Numbered from the stretch's first letter, positions 9,879 through 20,703 are shown. The stretch is DNA of 64,000 nt from an uncultured archaeon (GCA_964540145.1 CAZILS010000002.1:61601-125600), one strand, 5' to 3'. Notes: generated from the letters alone by a model not told the origin. Numbers and translations: made by a program.

Positions 9879-11519
9879 CTAAAGCTCTATCTCAAAGCCC
9901 GAGACCGTGATATCCAGGCCGAACTTCCCGCAGACCTCTTTGCCGAGCTCCCCGACAACCCCTTTCTTTCCCAGGGGCAGCTCAATTGCCCCGGCCTTCC
10001 CACCCTCAAACGAGGGGTGCCTCGCCTTGGATATCTTATAGCCAAGACCCATGTTTGAGGTAATTGCGTCAAGCAATGATTTCGCCTCTGTGAAGTTCGT
10101 TTCTTTGGAAGCTATCAGCACCGAAAGAACAACCTGCTCCCTCACTCCTGTCTCCGACTTCTTGTCCAAGTGAACAACCTTCCCGACTTCAAACACTTTC
10201 TGGGGAATAGGATGGTGCTTGTTCTTGGAAAGGAAAGAAAGCAGCTCCGGCAGAATACTCTTTCTGAAAATAACCCAGTTCGCGCTGACAGGATTTGCTA
10301 TTTCCACAAACTCCTGCTCCGGCAGGCACATATTCCCCTCTTGGTTCTCTTTCGAGGTAAGCGTGAAGGTAAGGACTTCTTGCAGACCTGCCCCCACACA
10401 GCTCTCTCTCACCCCGTCAAGCATCTTTGCCCTTTGCCCCTCCCCGCCGGTAGTTGCGATATTGACTTCCTCCGGCTCAATGTCGTTATAGCCGTGTGCG
10501 ATAAGCACATCTTCAGCCACATCAACAGGATGCAAAATATCCGGCCTGTAGTCGGGATAGCTGACAACAAGCAAATCGCCTTTACCTGTAATCTCCATCC
10601 TCTTTTTCCCAAGGAGTTCGCCTATCCCGGAGTTGCTCAGGTTAAGCCCGGTAATATCCCTGATAAATTCCGCGCTGACCCCGATTTTTCCTATCCCGAA
10701 CGAAGGTGTCTCCATTGTTTCCCCCCCGTACTTAACCTTGACAGACTCGACCTTCGCACCCCTGTCATGAAGCGCGGCGCAAACAACCCGCATCGCAACA
10801 TCGATTGTCTCCTGCTTATGGCCGGTTATATCGATGAAAAGGTTCTTTGTTTTCGTCGTTACCTTGCCGCTCCCCTCGGAGTTGACCACAGGCGGCATTG
10901 AGAGCACCTCCTTTTCCGAATCAACAAGCAAAGGGTATTTCTTATGCTTTTTTAACAGCGCACCAAACTCCTTCCCTTTTGGATGCTCTTCCAAGATCTC
11001 CCGCAAATCCATCTCAACCTTGTAACCCAAAGGAACGAACTTCTCCTTCGGCGAGGCGGCATAGTACTTCACATCGCCGCTCACCTTATCGAGGTCGAAG
11101 ATTCCTATCGCAACCTCTTCCCTTTTCCTTCCATAAGTCTGGCAAATTTTTTCCTGCAGCTGTATCATCTGCTTTATGGCCTCGCCGGTAATCTTGGCAT
11201 TTCTCGCAACAGCATACGCAGCTTTGCCCCTTATCCCCGCAAGCGCAGGATCGACAACAGCAGTTATCCCCGAACTAGGAATGTTGTATTTGGGAATGCC
11301 CCTCTCCTTGCCGTACTGCGACCTCAATTCCCTTGCAATTCCCTCAACACTCCACAGGTCGGGCCTGTTCGTGTCCTTAATGTCAATCTTAAGTGTGTCT
11401 CCGTCAACCGCATCTAATTCCCCCTTTACAAACATCAAGGCCTCTTCCAGTTTGCCTTTTGGAAATTTAATTCCCGCCAGTTTTTCAAGGTCCTTCCTGC
11501 TCGCTTCAACCGTAGGCAT
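9879..11519 (-). CDS. pheT: Phenylalanine--tRNA ligase beta subunit (archaeal type)
   Basis: 546 aa. Archaeal PheT-like N-terminus MPTVEASRKDLEKL. Lies immediately downstream of pheS on the same strand with a 4-nt gap. Confidence 0.9.
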   Translation of the reverse strand: MPTVEASRKDLEKLAGIKFPKGKLEEALMFVKGELDAVDGDTLKIDIKDTNRPDLWSVEGIARELRSQYGKERGIPKYNIPSSGITAVVDPALAGIRGKAAYAVARNAKITGEAIKQMIQLQEKICQTYGRKREEVAIGIFDLDKVSGDVKYYAASPKEKFVPLGYKVEMDLREILEEHPKGKEFGALLKKHKKYPLLVDSEKEVLSMPPVVNSEGSGKVTTKTKNLFIDITGHKQETIDVAMRVVCAALHDRGAKVESVKVKYGGETMETPSFGIGKIGVSAEFIRDITGLNLSNSGIGELLGKKRMEITGKGDLLVVSYPDYRPDILHPVDVAEDVLIAHGYNDIEPEEVNIATTGGEGQRAKMLDGVRESCVGAGLQEVLTFTLTSKENQEGNMCLPEQEFVEIANPVSANWVIFRKSILPELLSFLSKNKHHPIPQKVFEVGKVVHLDKKSETGVREQVVLSVLIASKETNFTEAKSLLDAITSNMGLGYKISKARHPSFEGGKAGAIELPLGKKGVVGELGKEVCGKFGLDITVSGFEIEL

Positions 11520-11523
11520 AACT

Positions 11524-12990
11524 TCACTTCCAGATTGCTTTTTCCTTCCTTAGCCAGCTAATGTCCTGTGAGAACAAATATCTCATATCATTTATCCCCA
11601 AGGCGCACATCGCCAGCCTGTCAATTCCGAGGCCCCATGCAAGCGCCTTGCCCTCAATTCCCAACTGCTCCGTTATCTCCGGCCTGAAAATTCCCGCACC
11701 GCCAAGCTCAATCCAGCCCAATTCGGGATGTTCGGCACTCACCTGCACCGAAGGCTCCGTAAAAGGATAATAATCGGGATAGAACCTGACCTTCTTAGCG
11801 CCGCCAATTTCGACGGCAAAATTTTTCAGCATCCCGAGCAAATGCCGGAAACTGAAATCCTTGTCAATGATAAAGCCCTCCATCTGGTTGAACTCATTCA
11901 AGTGCGTTGCGTCTATAATGTCCGGCCTGTAGCACCTTGCCAGGCAGAAATATTTTCCGGGAACGTCAACGCCTTTAACCAGCTGCCTTGCGCTTGCAGC
12001 AGTTCCGTGCGCGGCAGGCATCAGCCTTGAGGCAATTCCACTCCCCCACTTATAGCCCCATCCTTTCGAGCCAGTCCTGCCCCCGTTCTCATGCGCGCTT
12101 TTGACCTTGCCGACAATATCCTTGGGGGGCAGCCTTCCTTTCTTCGGCCTTAGCAAATGGTAAGTGTCTGTCCACGCCCTTGCGGGATGGTTCTGCGGCT
12201 GGAACAGCACATCAAAATTATAGAACTCAAGCTCAACAAGCCTGCTTTCCATCTCCCTGAAACCAAGCTCCGTAAGCCTCCGCCTTATCCCCGAAAGAAA
12301 CTGAATGTAGGGCTGCCTTTTCCCGATGAATGTTGTAGGAACAGCCCCCCTTATATCATATATTCTTTTGACACCGCCTTCCTCAAAAAGCCTAAGCGCC
12401 TTTCTCCCTTCGGCACTTATAGCAACTTCCCTCTCAACAACAGCTTCCCTCTCCGCAAGCCCCCTCGCAATAAGCATCCCCGAATTTTCATCGCCAACCT
12501 TTCCTTTCCCACGGGCAACATCCTCAAGCGCAATCTCCAAAGGATACTTTCCGGCAACAACATCTCTTTCCAGGCCGGTAAGCTCAAGCGTAAGCCCGTT
12601 CTCTTTCGAAAGTGAAACCCACGCATTTTTTTTTGCTATCCCCAGTGCAACATTAATTTCCTTCCCCTCAAGGCCCGCCTTCTTCCCGGCTTCCGCAAGG
12701 GCGGCCTTTCCGTTCATTGCCTTCAGCGCCAGGACCAGCCTTTTCTCGGCAAGGCCAAACTCCTTGGCAGCTTTCCCTTCCTTGGTAAGTGAAATCTTCT
12801 CGGACCTTTTCTCCTTAATCTCGGCAAAACCCTTCTCAGCAAGCCAGGCGCATGCTCTCCTGACAGAATCAATGTTCAGCCCGCCCTTCTCGGAAATCTC
12901 TTCTTCGCTTCCTTCCCCAAGTGAGGACAATGCCCGCAAGGCACCCTTCTCAATCTCGCTCAGTGAAGCTGCTATTTCTCCAATTTCCAA
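11524..12990 (-). CDS. pheS: Phenylalanine--tRNA ligase alpha subunit
   Basis: 488 aa. Class II motifs CYRPDIIDATHLNEFNQMEG and GAGIFRPE. Confidence 0.9.
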   Translation of the reverse strand: MEIGEIAASLSEIEKGALRALSSLGEGSEEEISEKGGLNIDSVRRACAWLAEKGFAEIKEKRSEKISLTKEGKAAKEFGLAEKRLVLALKAMNGKAALAEAGKKAGLEGKEINVALGIAKKNAWVSLSKENGLTLELTGLERDVVAGKYPLEIALEDVARGKGKVGDENSGMLIARGLAEREAVVEREVAISAEGRKALRLFEEGGVKRIYDIRGAVPTTFIGKRQPYIQFLSGIRRRLTELGFREMESRLVELEFYNFDVLFQPQNHPARAWTDTYHLLRPKKGRLPPKDIVGKVKSAHENGGRTGSKGWGYKWGSGIASRLMPAAHGTAASARQLVKGVDVPGKYFCLARCYRPDIIDATHLNEFNQMEGFIIDKDFSFRHLLGMLKNFAVEIGGAKKVRFYPDYYPFTEPSVQVSAEHPELGWIELGGAGIFRPEITEQLGIEGKALAWGLGIDRLAMCALGINDMRYLFSQDISWLRKEKAIWK

Positions 12991-13044
12991 TGGGACACCC
13001 TCTGAATTAAATATAAGTGTAATTAATATAATAAAACCCTAAAA

Positions 13045-13593
13045 ATGATTGCTATGGACAAAAAACCGCTATATTTACTGGATTCGGGCGCAATCCTGAA
13101 TGATGCCCAATTCCGCTTCAGGGAAGAGGACAAATACCTGGCTACCCCCCGCATAGTCGATGAGATGAGGGACTTCAGGAGCAGGATGTTAGTAGAGAGC
13201 GCAATCAAGTACAGCCTCCTTGAAGTGAGGGAACCCGCGGAAAGCTCCTTGCAGAGGGCAAAACAGGAGGCAGAAAAGCTTGGTCTCACAAAACTGAGCG
13301 AAGCCGATTTCTCAATAATTGCCCTGGCCTGGGAACTGCGAAGGCAGCCTATTTTGGTTATAACCGATGATTACTCTGTGCAGAATGTCCTCTCTGTCCT
13401 GGGGATAGCCTATGCCCCTGTCCTTATGGAGGGGATAAGCTCTGAAATCTACTTCCAAAAAAGCTGCCCTGTCTGCGCAAAGGAATACCCAAAAGGCTCA
13501 ACTGAGACAGAGTGCGAGAACTGCGGCGCAAAGCTCAAATACAGGAGAAAAGCGCTGAAAAGGCCCAAAGGCAATATAACCCCGCACGGTTAA
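13045..13593 (+). CDS. nob1: Nob1-like endonuclease (PIN domain plus zinc ribbon), 16S rRNA 3'-end maturation
   Basis: 182 aa. PIN-like LLDSGAI...ITDDYSVQNVL followed by CPVC...CENCG. Confidence 0.75.
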   Translation: MIAMDKKPLYLLDSGAILNDAQFRFREEDKYLATPRIVDEMRDFRSRMLVESAIKYSLLEVREPAESSLQRAKQEAEKLGLTKLSEADFSIIALAWELRRQPILVITDDYSVQNVLSVLGIAYAPVLMEGISSEIYFQKSCPVCAKEYPKGSTETECENCGAKLKYRRKALKRPKGNITPHG

Positions 13594-13636
13594 TTAATGA
13601 AAGCCTTAAAAACCCTAAAACACCTAATTAATACGC

Positions 13637-13999
13637 ATGTTAATGGAAATACTTTCTCACCTTTTCGCACTTGACCTCGGCTGGTTCATAAATTTGGTTA
13701 TGGACAACCTTCTCTGGGTGTTCCTTTTCGCGGCAGCGGGCCTCTTCATGCGCGGCACAGCAATCAGGGGAGGAATTTACCTGGCCCTGCTTATCTGCGC
13801 AACCATGGACATCGCAACCCTGTTTGGCTGGTCTTTCATGCGTGGTGCGGCCTTTGTCCCGGTAATGGTGCTAATCTCCCTCCTTTTTTTTAATTCATTC
13901 TTCGAGAACTACCAATGGGGAAAAAACTTGCTTAAGCTGGGAATAGTGGCATCATTGTCATTTTATTTCTGGTTTATTTTCATAAACGTAATCCTGTGA
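13637..13999 (+). CDS. Hypothetical multi-pass membrane protein
   Basis: 120 aa, about four hydrophobic helices, no recognised family. Confidence 0.45.
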   Translation: MLMEILSHLFALDLGWFINLVMDNLLWVFLFAAAGLFMRGTAIRGGIYLALLICATMDIATLFGWSFMRGAAFVPVMVLISLLFFNSFFENYQWGKNLLKLGIVASLSFYFWFIFINVIL

Positions 14000-14003
14000 T
14001 GCC

Positions 14004-14189
14004 ATGAACATACTTGATACTTTTGCCAGGGCGCTTATCCTTACGGGGATAATTTTCACGGTTATCTGGCTGCTAACAGAATTTGATATGGGCGCGGCAT
14101 TTTCGGCGGGAACCGTAAGCCTGATAGGTTTCATCATACTCTTCAACCAGAGTTTTATAGAGTGCACCGGCGCCAACACCGGCACATAG
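14004..14189 (+). CDS. Small hypothetical membrane protein
   Basis: 61 aa with two hydrophobic segments. Starts 4 nt after the preceding membrane ORF. Confidence 0.3.
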   Translation: MNILDTFARALILTGIIFTVIWLLTEFDMGAAFSAGTVSLIGFIILFNQSFIECTGANTGT

Positions 14190-14200
14190 GCACAGCCGGA

Positions 14201-14968
14201 TTAGTCAAGCTGCAGCTCCACTTCCTCTTCCGGCTCGACAGGCTCAATTTTCGAGTGCGCAAGGACAAACCCCTCAACCTTTTCGGTAATCTCCCTCCTT
14301 CCGATGTAGATGGCTCCCCCTACCACAAGGACAATAGCCATGATCCAAACAATATTCGTCTGCAGCAGCGTGAAGGGATTCATCAAAGGGGCAATAGGCT
14401 TCGGTATCCCATACTCGAGCTTAATGTAGTTTGAGGAAATTCCGTTAAGCCTGACAGATGTGCCGGAGACCTCCGCCCGGGGGGTAAGCTTCCCCAGGTC
14501 TATCTCCGCCCCGTTGGGCAGGTCTATCGTAATGGAAACATCCTCCGGAATAACAATATTTCCCGCACTCTGGAAATAGCTAAGCTGCCTGTCCGCAATC
14601 AGCCACAGTGTCTGCCTCGCCTCCTCGCGGACCTTTGTCGCGAAAGGAACCCTCAAAAAATATTCAAGAGTAAGCGACTGTTCGCCCTCATCAAATGTGA
14701 TGTAGGAACTTTCAAGCGCGTCCCCCCCGAAGTGGGGGAAAAACCAGTTATAATCGACCTGCCATGCGGAAAGGCTCGAACTGTTGTCCCTCACATCCTC
14801 CCTGAAGCCCGGGAGCTCCCCCGCAAAAAACCTAATGGAGTACTTTTCGAAAATCCTGGCGTAGCCGTCCTCGAAGACCTCTATGTCGATATTCAGCCGG
14901 CTAACCTCAAGAGCATGCACCCCCCCAAAAAAAAGGAGCCCACACAACAAGATAAGCAGAACCCTCAT
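14201..14968 (-). CDS. Hypothetical secreted protein with C-terminal TM anchor and acidic tail
   Basis: 255 aa. Signal-like MRVLLILLCGLLFFGGVHA, TM helix IVWIMAIVLVVGGAIYI, tail EPVEPEEEVELQLD. Confidence 0.5.
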   Translation of the reverse strand: MRVLLILLCGLLFFGGVHALEVSRLNIDIEVFEDGYARIFEKYSIRFFAGELPGFREDVRDNSSSLSAWQVDYNWFFPHFGGDALESSYITFDEGEQSLTLEYFLRVPFATKVREEARQTLWLIADRQLSYFQSAGNIVIPEDVSITIDLPNGAEIDLGKLTPRAEVSGTSVRLNGISSNYIKLEYGIPKPIAPLMNPFTLLQTNIVWIMAIVLVVGGAIYIGRREITEKVEGFVLAHSKIEPVEPEEEVELQLD

Positions 14969-15029
14969 GGTTAAACATAGTAGTTGTTGTTATTAAAAAC
15001 AATTCTGTCCAAATAATATTGGTGCTGAG

Positions 15030-15713
15030 ATGAAGGTTACTTACCTAGGACATTCTTTTTTCAAAATCGCCTTCAATGACGCCCCGATAATCGTGGACCC
15101 GTTCGTTACCAACACCTGCGAGGACCCGGGTTTCAAGATGCTTGAGAAAAGCCCGGTCAAGGATTCAGACCTTAAGGGACTTGCCATGATACTAATAACA
15201 CACGAGCACTTCGACCACTTTAACAAGAAAACAGTCGAGAATATCGCACTTAAGCACAACGCAACAGTCGTCGGCCATGAGTCTGTTGTCGGGGACCTCG
15301 AACTGCCGAGGAACCTTGTCAACCCGATTTCGCTGGGGAAGAAACTCCAGCTGAGGAACACCCTGATAGAGCCTGTCCCCGCACACCACCCAAACTCATT
15401 CTATCCGATGGGATACAAGCTGGAAAGCAACGGGGAAAGCGTTTACCATGCGGGGGACACAGATTTACTTGACGTTTTTTCGGATATAGAAACCGACCTT
15501 GCAATCCTTCCCATAGGGGGCACCTACACAATGGATGTTATTGATGCCGTCAGGACAACGAAACTGATGAAGCCGAAGGCGGTTATGCCGATGCACTACA
15601 ACACATTTGAAATGATAAAGGCAGACCCGATAGACTTCAAGCAGAGAATAGAAAAAAGCCTCCTGAAAACAAAGCCGTATGTCCCAAAACCGGGGGAAAC
15701 AGTAAAACTCTAG
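15030..15713 (+). CDS. Metallo-beta-lactamase-fold hydrolase (UPF0173-like)
   Basis: 227 aa. MKVTYLGHSFF start and ILITHEHFDH metal motif. Confidence 0.8.
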   Translation: MKVTYLGHSFFKIAFNDAPIIVDPFVTNTCEDPGFKMLEKSPVKDSDLKGLAMILITHEHFDHFNKKTVENIALKHNATVVGHESVVGDLELPRNLVNPISLGKKLQLRNTLIEPVPAHHPNSFYPMGYKLESNGESVYHAGDTDLLDVFSDIETDLAILPIGGTYTMDVIDAVRTTKLMKPKAVMPMHYNTFEMIKADPIDFKQRIEKSLLKTKPYVPKPGETVKL

Positions 15714-16426
15714 CCCTGCTTTTCTATCCTGCCTTCGGCTCTTTTCAAATCGTCAAGGTCCGCAATGTCAATTATTTCCTTTTTCTCAATGACAACCGCA
15801 ACCTTCCCCTCGGGGATAAGCATCTTTATCGTTTCGGTAAGCTCATACTCGCCCCGAAGGCTTTTCGGGGTTTTCTCTATGTCCTCAAAAATCCTGCCGG
15901 AAAGAAGGTAAATTCCCGCATTAACCAGGTTGCTTGGGGCCTCCCCAAAAGCAGGCTTCTCAATAATGCCTGTCACAATATGCTCCTTTGTAAGCAAGAC
16001 ACCATACCTCCAAGGGTCCTTCACTTTCCTCGCAAGGATAACAACATCATATTCCCCGAACTCATCAAACCCCATAAGCCCCCTAAGAGATGATTCCGGG
16101 GCAATAACATCGCAGCAAAGCATCAAAAACCTCTCCCCCCCAGAAAATTCTTTCGCAAGTTTCGTTGCGTCGGCGGTTCCCTTCTGCTCCTCCTGCCTTA
16201 CGTAAGTAATCTTGATTCCTTTCCACTCTTTGCCGAAGTGCTTCTCGATAACCTCCCCTTTGTAGCCAATAATTATCCCGGCTTCATCAATGCCCACGCC
16301 TTTCAGCCTTTCAAGGTTCCATTCGAGCAAAGGCTTTCCATTCAGCCCAACCATTGCTTTTGGCACCTTGTCTGTAAGGGGCCTGAGCCTCACCCCCTTT
16401 CCCGCCGCGAGTATAACCGCCTTCAT
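15710..16426 (-). CDS. Sugar-1-phosphate nucleotidyltransferase
   Basis: 238 aa. N-terminal MKAVILAAGKGVRLRPLT signature. Confidence 0.8.
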   Translation of the reverse strand: MKAVILAAGKGVRLRPLTDKVPKAMVGLNGKPLLEWNLERLKGVGIDEAGIIIGYKGEVIEKHFGKEWKGIKITYVRQEEQKGTADATKLAKEFSGGERFLMLCCDVIAPESSLRGLMGFDEFGEYDVVILARKVKDPWRYGVLLTKEHIVTGIIEKPAFGEAPSNLVNAGIYLLSGRIFEDIEKTPKSLRGEYELTETIKMLIPEGKVAVVIEKKEIIDIADLDDLKRAEGRIEKQG

Positions 16427-17337
16427 TTAACACCGACCTTTTGCAAGTCCTCTGCGACAAAAACATCCCTGAATTCTTTTTTTGCCTCTTTCAAAATTTC
16501 TTTCGGCTCTTTGTACCTCGGGCTTATGTGTGTCAGCGCAAGTTTTTTTACCTTTGCTTTCTTCGCAATTTTCGCAACGTCCCCCGCAACAGAGTGCGCA
16601 GTTTCCTCGGCCCTTCCCCTCAAATCCTCGCAGAAACTGGCCTCGTGCACAAGCAAATCAACCCCTGTTACAAAATTCCCTATCTTCTCGCTTGGCCTTG
16701 TGTCCATAACAATGCCTATTTTCCTTCCCCTCCTTCCCCTGCCGTAGTCCATAACCTCGCCCGGCCTGACCTTCTTTCCCCCGAAAGTAATCTCCTCGCC
16801 TTTCTGCAGCCTGCTGTAAAGCGGGCCGGGAGGAATGCCCATCTCCTCGGCCTTCTTCCGCATAAAAGTTCCTTTCTTGCTTTCCTCCTCAAACAAATAA
16901 CCTAATGCGGGAACACCGTGCTCAATCGGGAAACAGCTAACCCTGAATTTTTCCCCCTCGAGGACAAGACCCTCCTTAACCTCTTTGCACTCTACCTTAA
17001 ACGACAGCCGCATAAGCGCAACCTCTATGGCTTTCCTTATCCTCGCCTCGCTCCCCTTAGGCCCATATATGTGCAGAGGCTCCTCCCTGTCGTGCATGGC
17101 CATCGTCGCAACCAGCCCCGGTATCCCAAGAATGTGGTCGGCATGCAAATGGCTGAGAAAAATATGTCCGACTTTCATGTAAGAAAGCTTGGACTGCATC
17201 ATCTGCCTCTGCGTCCCCTCCGGGCAATCGAAAAGAAGGATGTTCCCCATGAACTTCACGGCTGTGCTTGTCAGGTTCCTCTCAACGCTCGGGGTGCTGC
17301 AGCTCGTGCCCAGAAAGCACACTTCCAAAGTTTCCAT
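16423..17337 (-). CDS. rnz: Ribonuclease Z (tRNA 3' processing)
   Basis: 304 aa. FLGTS...FDCPEGTQRQ and FLSHLHADH motifs. 4-nt overlap with the downstream gene. Confidence 0.85.
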   Translation of the reverse strand: METLEVCFLGTSCSTPSVERNLTSTAVKFMGNILLFDCPEGTQRQMMQSKLSYMKVGHIFLSHLHADHILGIPGLVATMAMHDREEPLHIYGPKGSEARIRKAIEVALMRLSFKVECKEVKEGLVLEGEKFRVSCFPIEHGVPALGYLFEEESKKGTFMRKKAEEMGIPPGPLYSRLQKGEEITFGGKKVRPGEVMDYGRGRRGRKIGIVMDTRPSEKIGNFVTGVDLLVHEASFCEDLRGRAEETAHSVAGDVAKIAKKAKVKKLALTHISPRYKEPKEILKEAKKEFRDVFVAEDLQKVGVK

Positions 17338-17427
17338 GTATCCTATATTGCTCTAAACAATTTTAAAGCATGGCAATCGGGGAAATCCCTCCCCCGATAA
17401 TCAGCATCCTTTTAATAACTTATTAAA

Positions 17428-19353
17428 GTGTATATAACTATGCCCGGCGTTCCGGAAAACTACAAAAGCACCGTCGATATCGACGTCCCAAAAAGCCTCC
17501 TTAGCCAGGTTGTTGGGCAGGACGAAAGTGTCGAGCTCATAAGGAAAGCGGCAGCCCAGAAACGAAATGTCCTCCTTGTCGGCATTCCCGGAACAGGGAA
17601 ATCCCTGCTTGCACAGGCGATGGCGGAAATCCTCCCTGTCGGAAGGCTTGTCGACATCCTTGTTTACCCGAATGAATCGGACTCAAATAACCCTAAAATA
17701 AAAACCGTTAAAGCAGGTCACGGAAAAAAGATACTCGAGCAGGGAATGGTAGATGCCCGGGCCCAGGAACACAATGTCAAGATTATCAGCATCCTTGTTC
17801 CCGTGTTCTTCATCGCAATCGCAATCATCGCCTGGTTCCTTCACCACATCTCGGACATAATTTTCGCGGCGGCAATGATACTTTTCGGTTTCCTCATCAT
17901 AGGTTTTGGATTGGGTTCGCAGATGAAAGCAAGAGGCGACCAGTCAATTCCCCGTCTGCTGATTGACAACACCGCGAAGAAGATTGCGCCATTTATCGAG
18001 GCAACAGGCGCCAGGGCAGGCGCACTCCTTGGGGATGTAAGGCATGACCCCCTGCAGAGCGGAGGCCTCGGAACACCGCCGCATTTGAGGATAGAGCCGG
18101 GAATGATACACAGGGCCAATGGCGGCGTTCTTTTTGTCGACGAAATAGCAACCCTGCCCCCTAAAGCACAGCAGGAACTCCTCACCGCGATGCAGGAGAA
18201 GAAATATTCCATAACCGGGCAGAGCGAAATGTCAAGCGGCGCAATGACCCGCACACAGGCGGTTCCCTGCGATTTTGTATTGGTTGCGGCAGGAAACTAT
18301 GATGACCTGCGTAAAGTGCATCCCGCCCTGCGGTCAAGGATAAGGGGCTACGGCTATGAAATTTACATGAACATAGATATGGACGACAGTGCCGAAAACC
18401 GCCTTAAGATAGTCCGGTTCGTTGCCCAGGAAGTCAAGAAAGACGGGAAGATTCCGCATTTCTCAAGGGAGGCTGTTGACGCAATAATCTTCGAGGCGAG
18501 GCAAAGGGCGGGAAGGAAAAACAAGCTAACACTTAAGCTCCGCGATTTGGGGGGCCTTGTAAGGGCGGCAGGGGATGTCGCAAGGGAGAAAGGCCGCAGC
18601 CTTGTTTCCGCACAGGACATCCTTGAGGCAAAGATGTCCGCACGAACCTTGGAACAGCAGATGGTAACCAAATACCTTGAGGAGAAAAAAGATTATGACA
18701 TCTTCCTCACAAAAGGAGTTGCGGTTGGGAGAGTAAACGGCCTTGCGGTAAGCGGGGAGGGGGATGCGGGCCTTGTCATGCCGATTGAGGCGGAGGTTGC
18801 GCCCGCGGCATCCCGCGCAGAAGGCAAGCTGATTGCGACAGGAAAATTGGGAGAGATTGCAAGGGAAGCAGTCCAGAATGTTTCCGCAATAATCAAGAGG
18901 CTGAGCGGCAAGGACATATGGAAACACGATTTACACATCCAGTTCATGCAGACCTACACCGGCGTTGAAGGGGACTCCGCATCCGTGTCTGTCGCAACCG
19001 CGGTCATAAGCGCGCTTGAAAGAATTCCCGTAAGGCAGGACCTCGCGATGACAGGCTCGCTAAGTGTGAGGGGAGAAGTCCTCCCTGTGGGGGGGATAAG
19101 CGCCAAGATAAAGGCGGCAATACAGGCGGGCTTCAAGGAAGTCGTCATCCCAAAATCAAACCTCAAGGATGTTGTTCTCTCCAAGGAACAGCTGAAGAAA
19201 ATAAGAGTCGTTCCGGTCACCGACATTTCAGAGGTTCTGGAAGAGGCATTCGAGAAATCCGGCCCAAGGCAGAAACTACTGCGCAGCCTCAAGAAACTGA
19301 TGAAAGTGACTATGCCCACAATCCCGAAAAAACCGGCTGCCGCCAGGTCTTAA
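17428..19353 (+). CDS. lonB: Archaeal membrane-bound Lon protease (LonB)
   Basis: 641 aa. Walker [15 protein letters not shown], two TM helices inserted in the AAA+ domain, protease motif [11 protein letters not shown]. The ORF-track start is GTG; an ATG at 17440 (MPGVPEN) is the more likely start. Confidence 0.9.
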   Translation: MYITMPGVPENYKSTVDIDVPKSLLSQVVGQDESVELIRKAAAQKRNVLLVGIPGTGKSLLAQAMAEILPVGRLVDILVYPNESDSNNPKIKTVKAGHGKKILEQGMVDARAQEHNVKIISILVPVFFIAIAIIAWFLHHISDIIFAAAMILFGFLIIGFGLGSQMKARGDQSIPRLLIDNTAKKIAPFIEATGARAGALLGDVRHDPLQSGGLGTPPHLRIEPGMIHRANGGVLFVDEIATLPPKAQQELLTAMQEKKYSITGQSEMSSGAMTRTQAVPCDFVLVAAGNYDDLRKVHPALRSRIRGYGYEIYMNIDMDDSAENRLKIVRFVAQEVKKDGKIPHFSREAVDAIIFEARQRAGRKNKLTLKLRDLGGLVRAAGDVAREKGRSLVSAQDILEAKMSARTLEQQMVTKYLEEKKDYDIFLTKGVAVGRVNGLAVSGEGDAGLVMPIEAEVAPAASRAEGKLIATGKLGEIAREAVQNVSAIIKRLSGKDIWKHDLHIQFMQTYTGVEGDSASVSVATAVISALERIPVRQDLAMTGSLSVRGEVLPVGGISAKIKAAIQAGFKEVVIPKSNLKDVVLSKEQLKKIRVVPVTDISEVLEEAFEKSGPRQKLLRSLKKLMKVTMPTIPKKPAAARS

Positions 19354-20655
19354 CTAACTTTTCCTAACTGCGGCGTTGACAACAATCCTTCCCTTCTTTA
19401 GGAGGAACTGCCTCTTTCCAAAAAGCCTCGACTTCTTTCCCTTAATTTCCCTCACACTTATCGAGTTTTGTTTGCGGTTGACATTCTCGACCTTGCCAAC
19501 CCATTTCCCGTCCGGGGAAAAAACAGGCAGCCCTATAAGCAGGGGAGTAACCTTCTTCCGCACATCAAGTATGGCGCTTGCCCTGTAGCTTAGCAGGGCG
19601 ACAGCAAAACTAATCGCAACACTGAGCAGGAATATGTTCAAATCCGCCTGCCCGACTATAACCTGTTTCGCCGAATCAACCATAAACCAGAGCACAATCA
19701 TAAACACCGCCATCATTGCGTATTTCCTTAGGTAAAAGGCCTTCTTTAGGTGAATGACATCAATAGCCCTCCCCGCGATAAAAAGAAGCCCCGCAATCAT
19801 CGAGAAAAACACAAACTGCGACACCCCCTCCGCAGCGGCATTGACAAGTATGTTCTCGAAGCCTGAGATAACGAATGTGCTGTACGCCGCAAAAATCCCG
19901 AAAAGGAACACCAATATCATTGCCATATAGAACGGGAACGAAGTTCTTTGCATGGAAATTCCGGAGGAGACAGAATGCCCCATCGAAAGTATCCCGTCCT
20001 CAAGCCCTGTTCCCTTCAAAAGGAAATAAATCCCGACAACAAACGCGATTATCTGCCAGAATTGGGTTTGGAAGCCCATGAAGTTCAGCGCGGCATAAAG
20101 TATAAGTATAAGCCCGGGTATGCCAAAAACAATCCTTGCGAGGTAGGGGTCTTTCAATGCCTCCTTGATTGTGTAAAAGGTTGACTCTACCTCCTTCGCC
20201 TGCTTGACAATCACAATCTCCTTGGAAATAACAGTTCCTCGGCTCTGCAGTATCGGCAGGACAAGGTCGTCCTCCGCCCCGTCTGTCACAAAGACAAAGC
20301 CGTCTGCGGGAAACCTGTCAAGGACGGCATCAAGCTGCTCATTAACCCTTCTGTCCGACTCAAACCCTTTCTTGCTGTGCCCTGTAAGCGTAACAACCTC
20401 GACATGGGGGAACTGCCCCTTAATCTCCTCGTACTTCGCGACAGCGGCAAAAACACTGTTAACATCGGAATCCGCAGGGTCGGCAAGCCCAAGCTTCCCG
20501 GCGGCATTCAAATTCTTTTGCTTGCCCATAACAGGGCCCTCAACACCCGCCTTTCTCCCAAGGTCGTTGTCCCGGTCAACGCAAACAACCAGCACATTCC
20601 TGATGTCCTTCATATATAACCATCCCTGTAATGCTATAGTATTAAATATACCCAT
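19354..20655 (-). CDS. DUF373-like integral membrane protein
   Basis: 433 aa. N-terminal soluble domain VLVVCVDRDNDLGRKAG...LADPADSDVN is followed by about seven TM helices. Alternative start MKDIRN at 20613. Confidence 0.55.
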   Translation of the reverse strand: MGIFNTIALQGWLYMKDIRNVLVVCVDRDNDLGRKAGVEGPVMGKQKNLNAAGKLGLADPADSDVNSVFAAVAKYEEIKGQFPHVEVVTLTGHSKKGFESDRRVNEQLDAVLDRFPADGFVFVTDGAEDDLVLPILQSRGTVISKEIVIVKQAKEVESTFYTIKEALKDPYLARIVFGIPGLILILYAALNFMGFQTQFWQIIAFVVGIYFLLKGTGLEDGILSMGHSVSSGISMQRTSFPFYMAMILVFLFGIFAAYSTFVISGFENILVNAAAEGVSQFVFFSMIAGLLFIAGRAIDVIHLKKAFYLRKYAMMAVFMIVLWFMVDSAKQVIVGQADLNIFLLSVAISFAVALLSYRASAILDVRKKVTPLLIGLPVFSPDGKWVGKVENVNRKQNSISVREIKGKKSRLFGKRQFLLKKGRIVVNAAVRKS

Positions 20656-20703
20656 ATATTAAGTTATATATTACGATTTCCCACGCCCGCGGAGGCGAGC
20701 AAA

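Noticed and set aside
12326-13042. 238-aa plus-strand ORF antisense to pheS, and similar long antisense ORFs at 2459-3139, 47563-48633, 49068-50015, 58453-59511, 60204-61016 and 54640-55242
   Set aside because: They are S/P/F/A-rich with low-complexity, non-protein-like composition. Each lies entirely inside a confidently identified gene on the other strand, so they are typical shadow ORFs.
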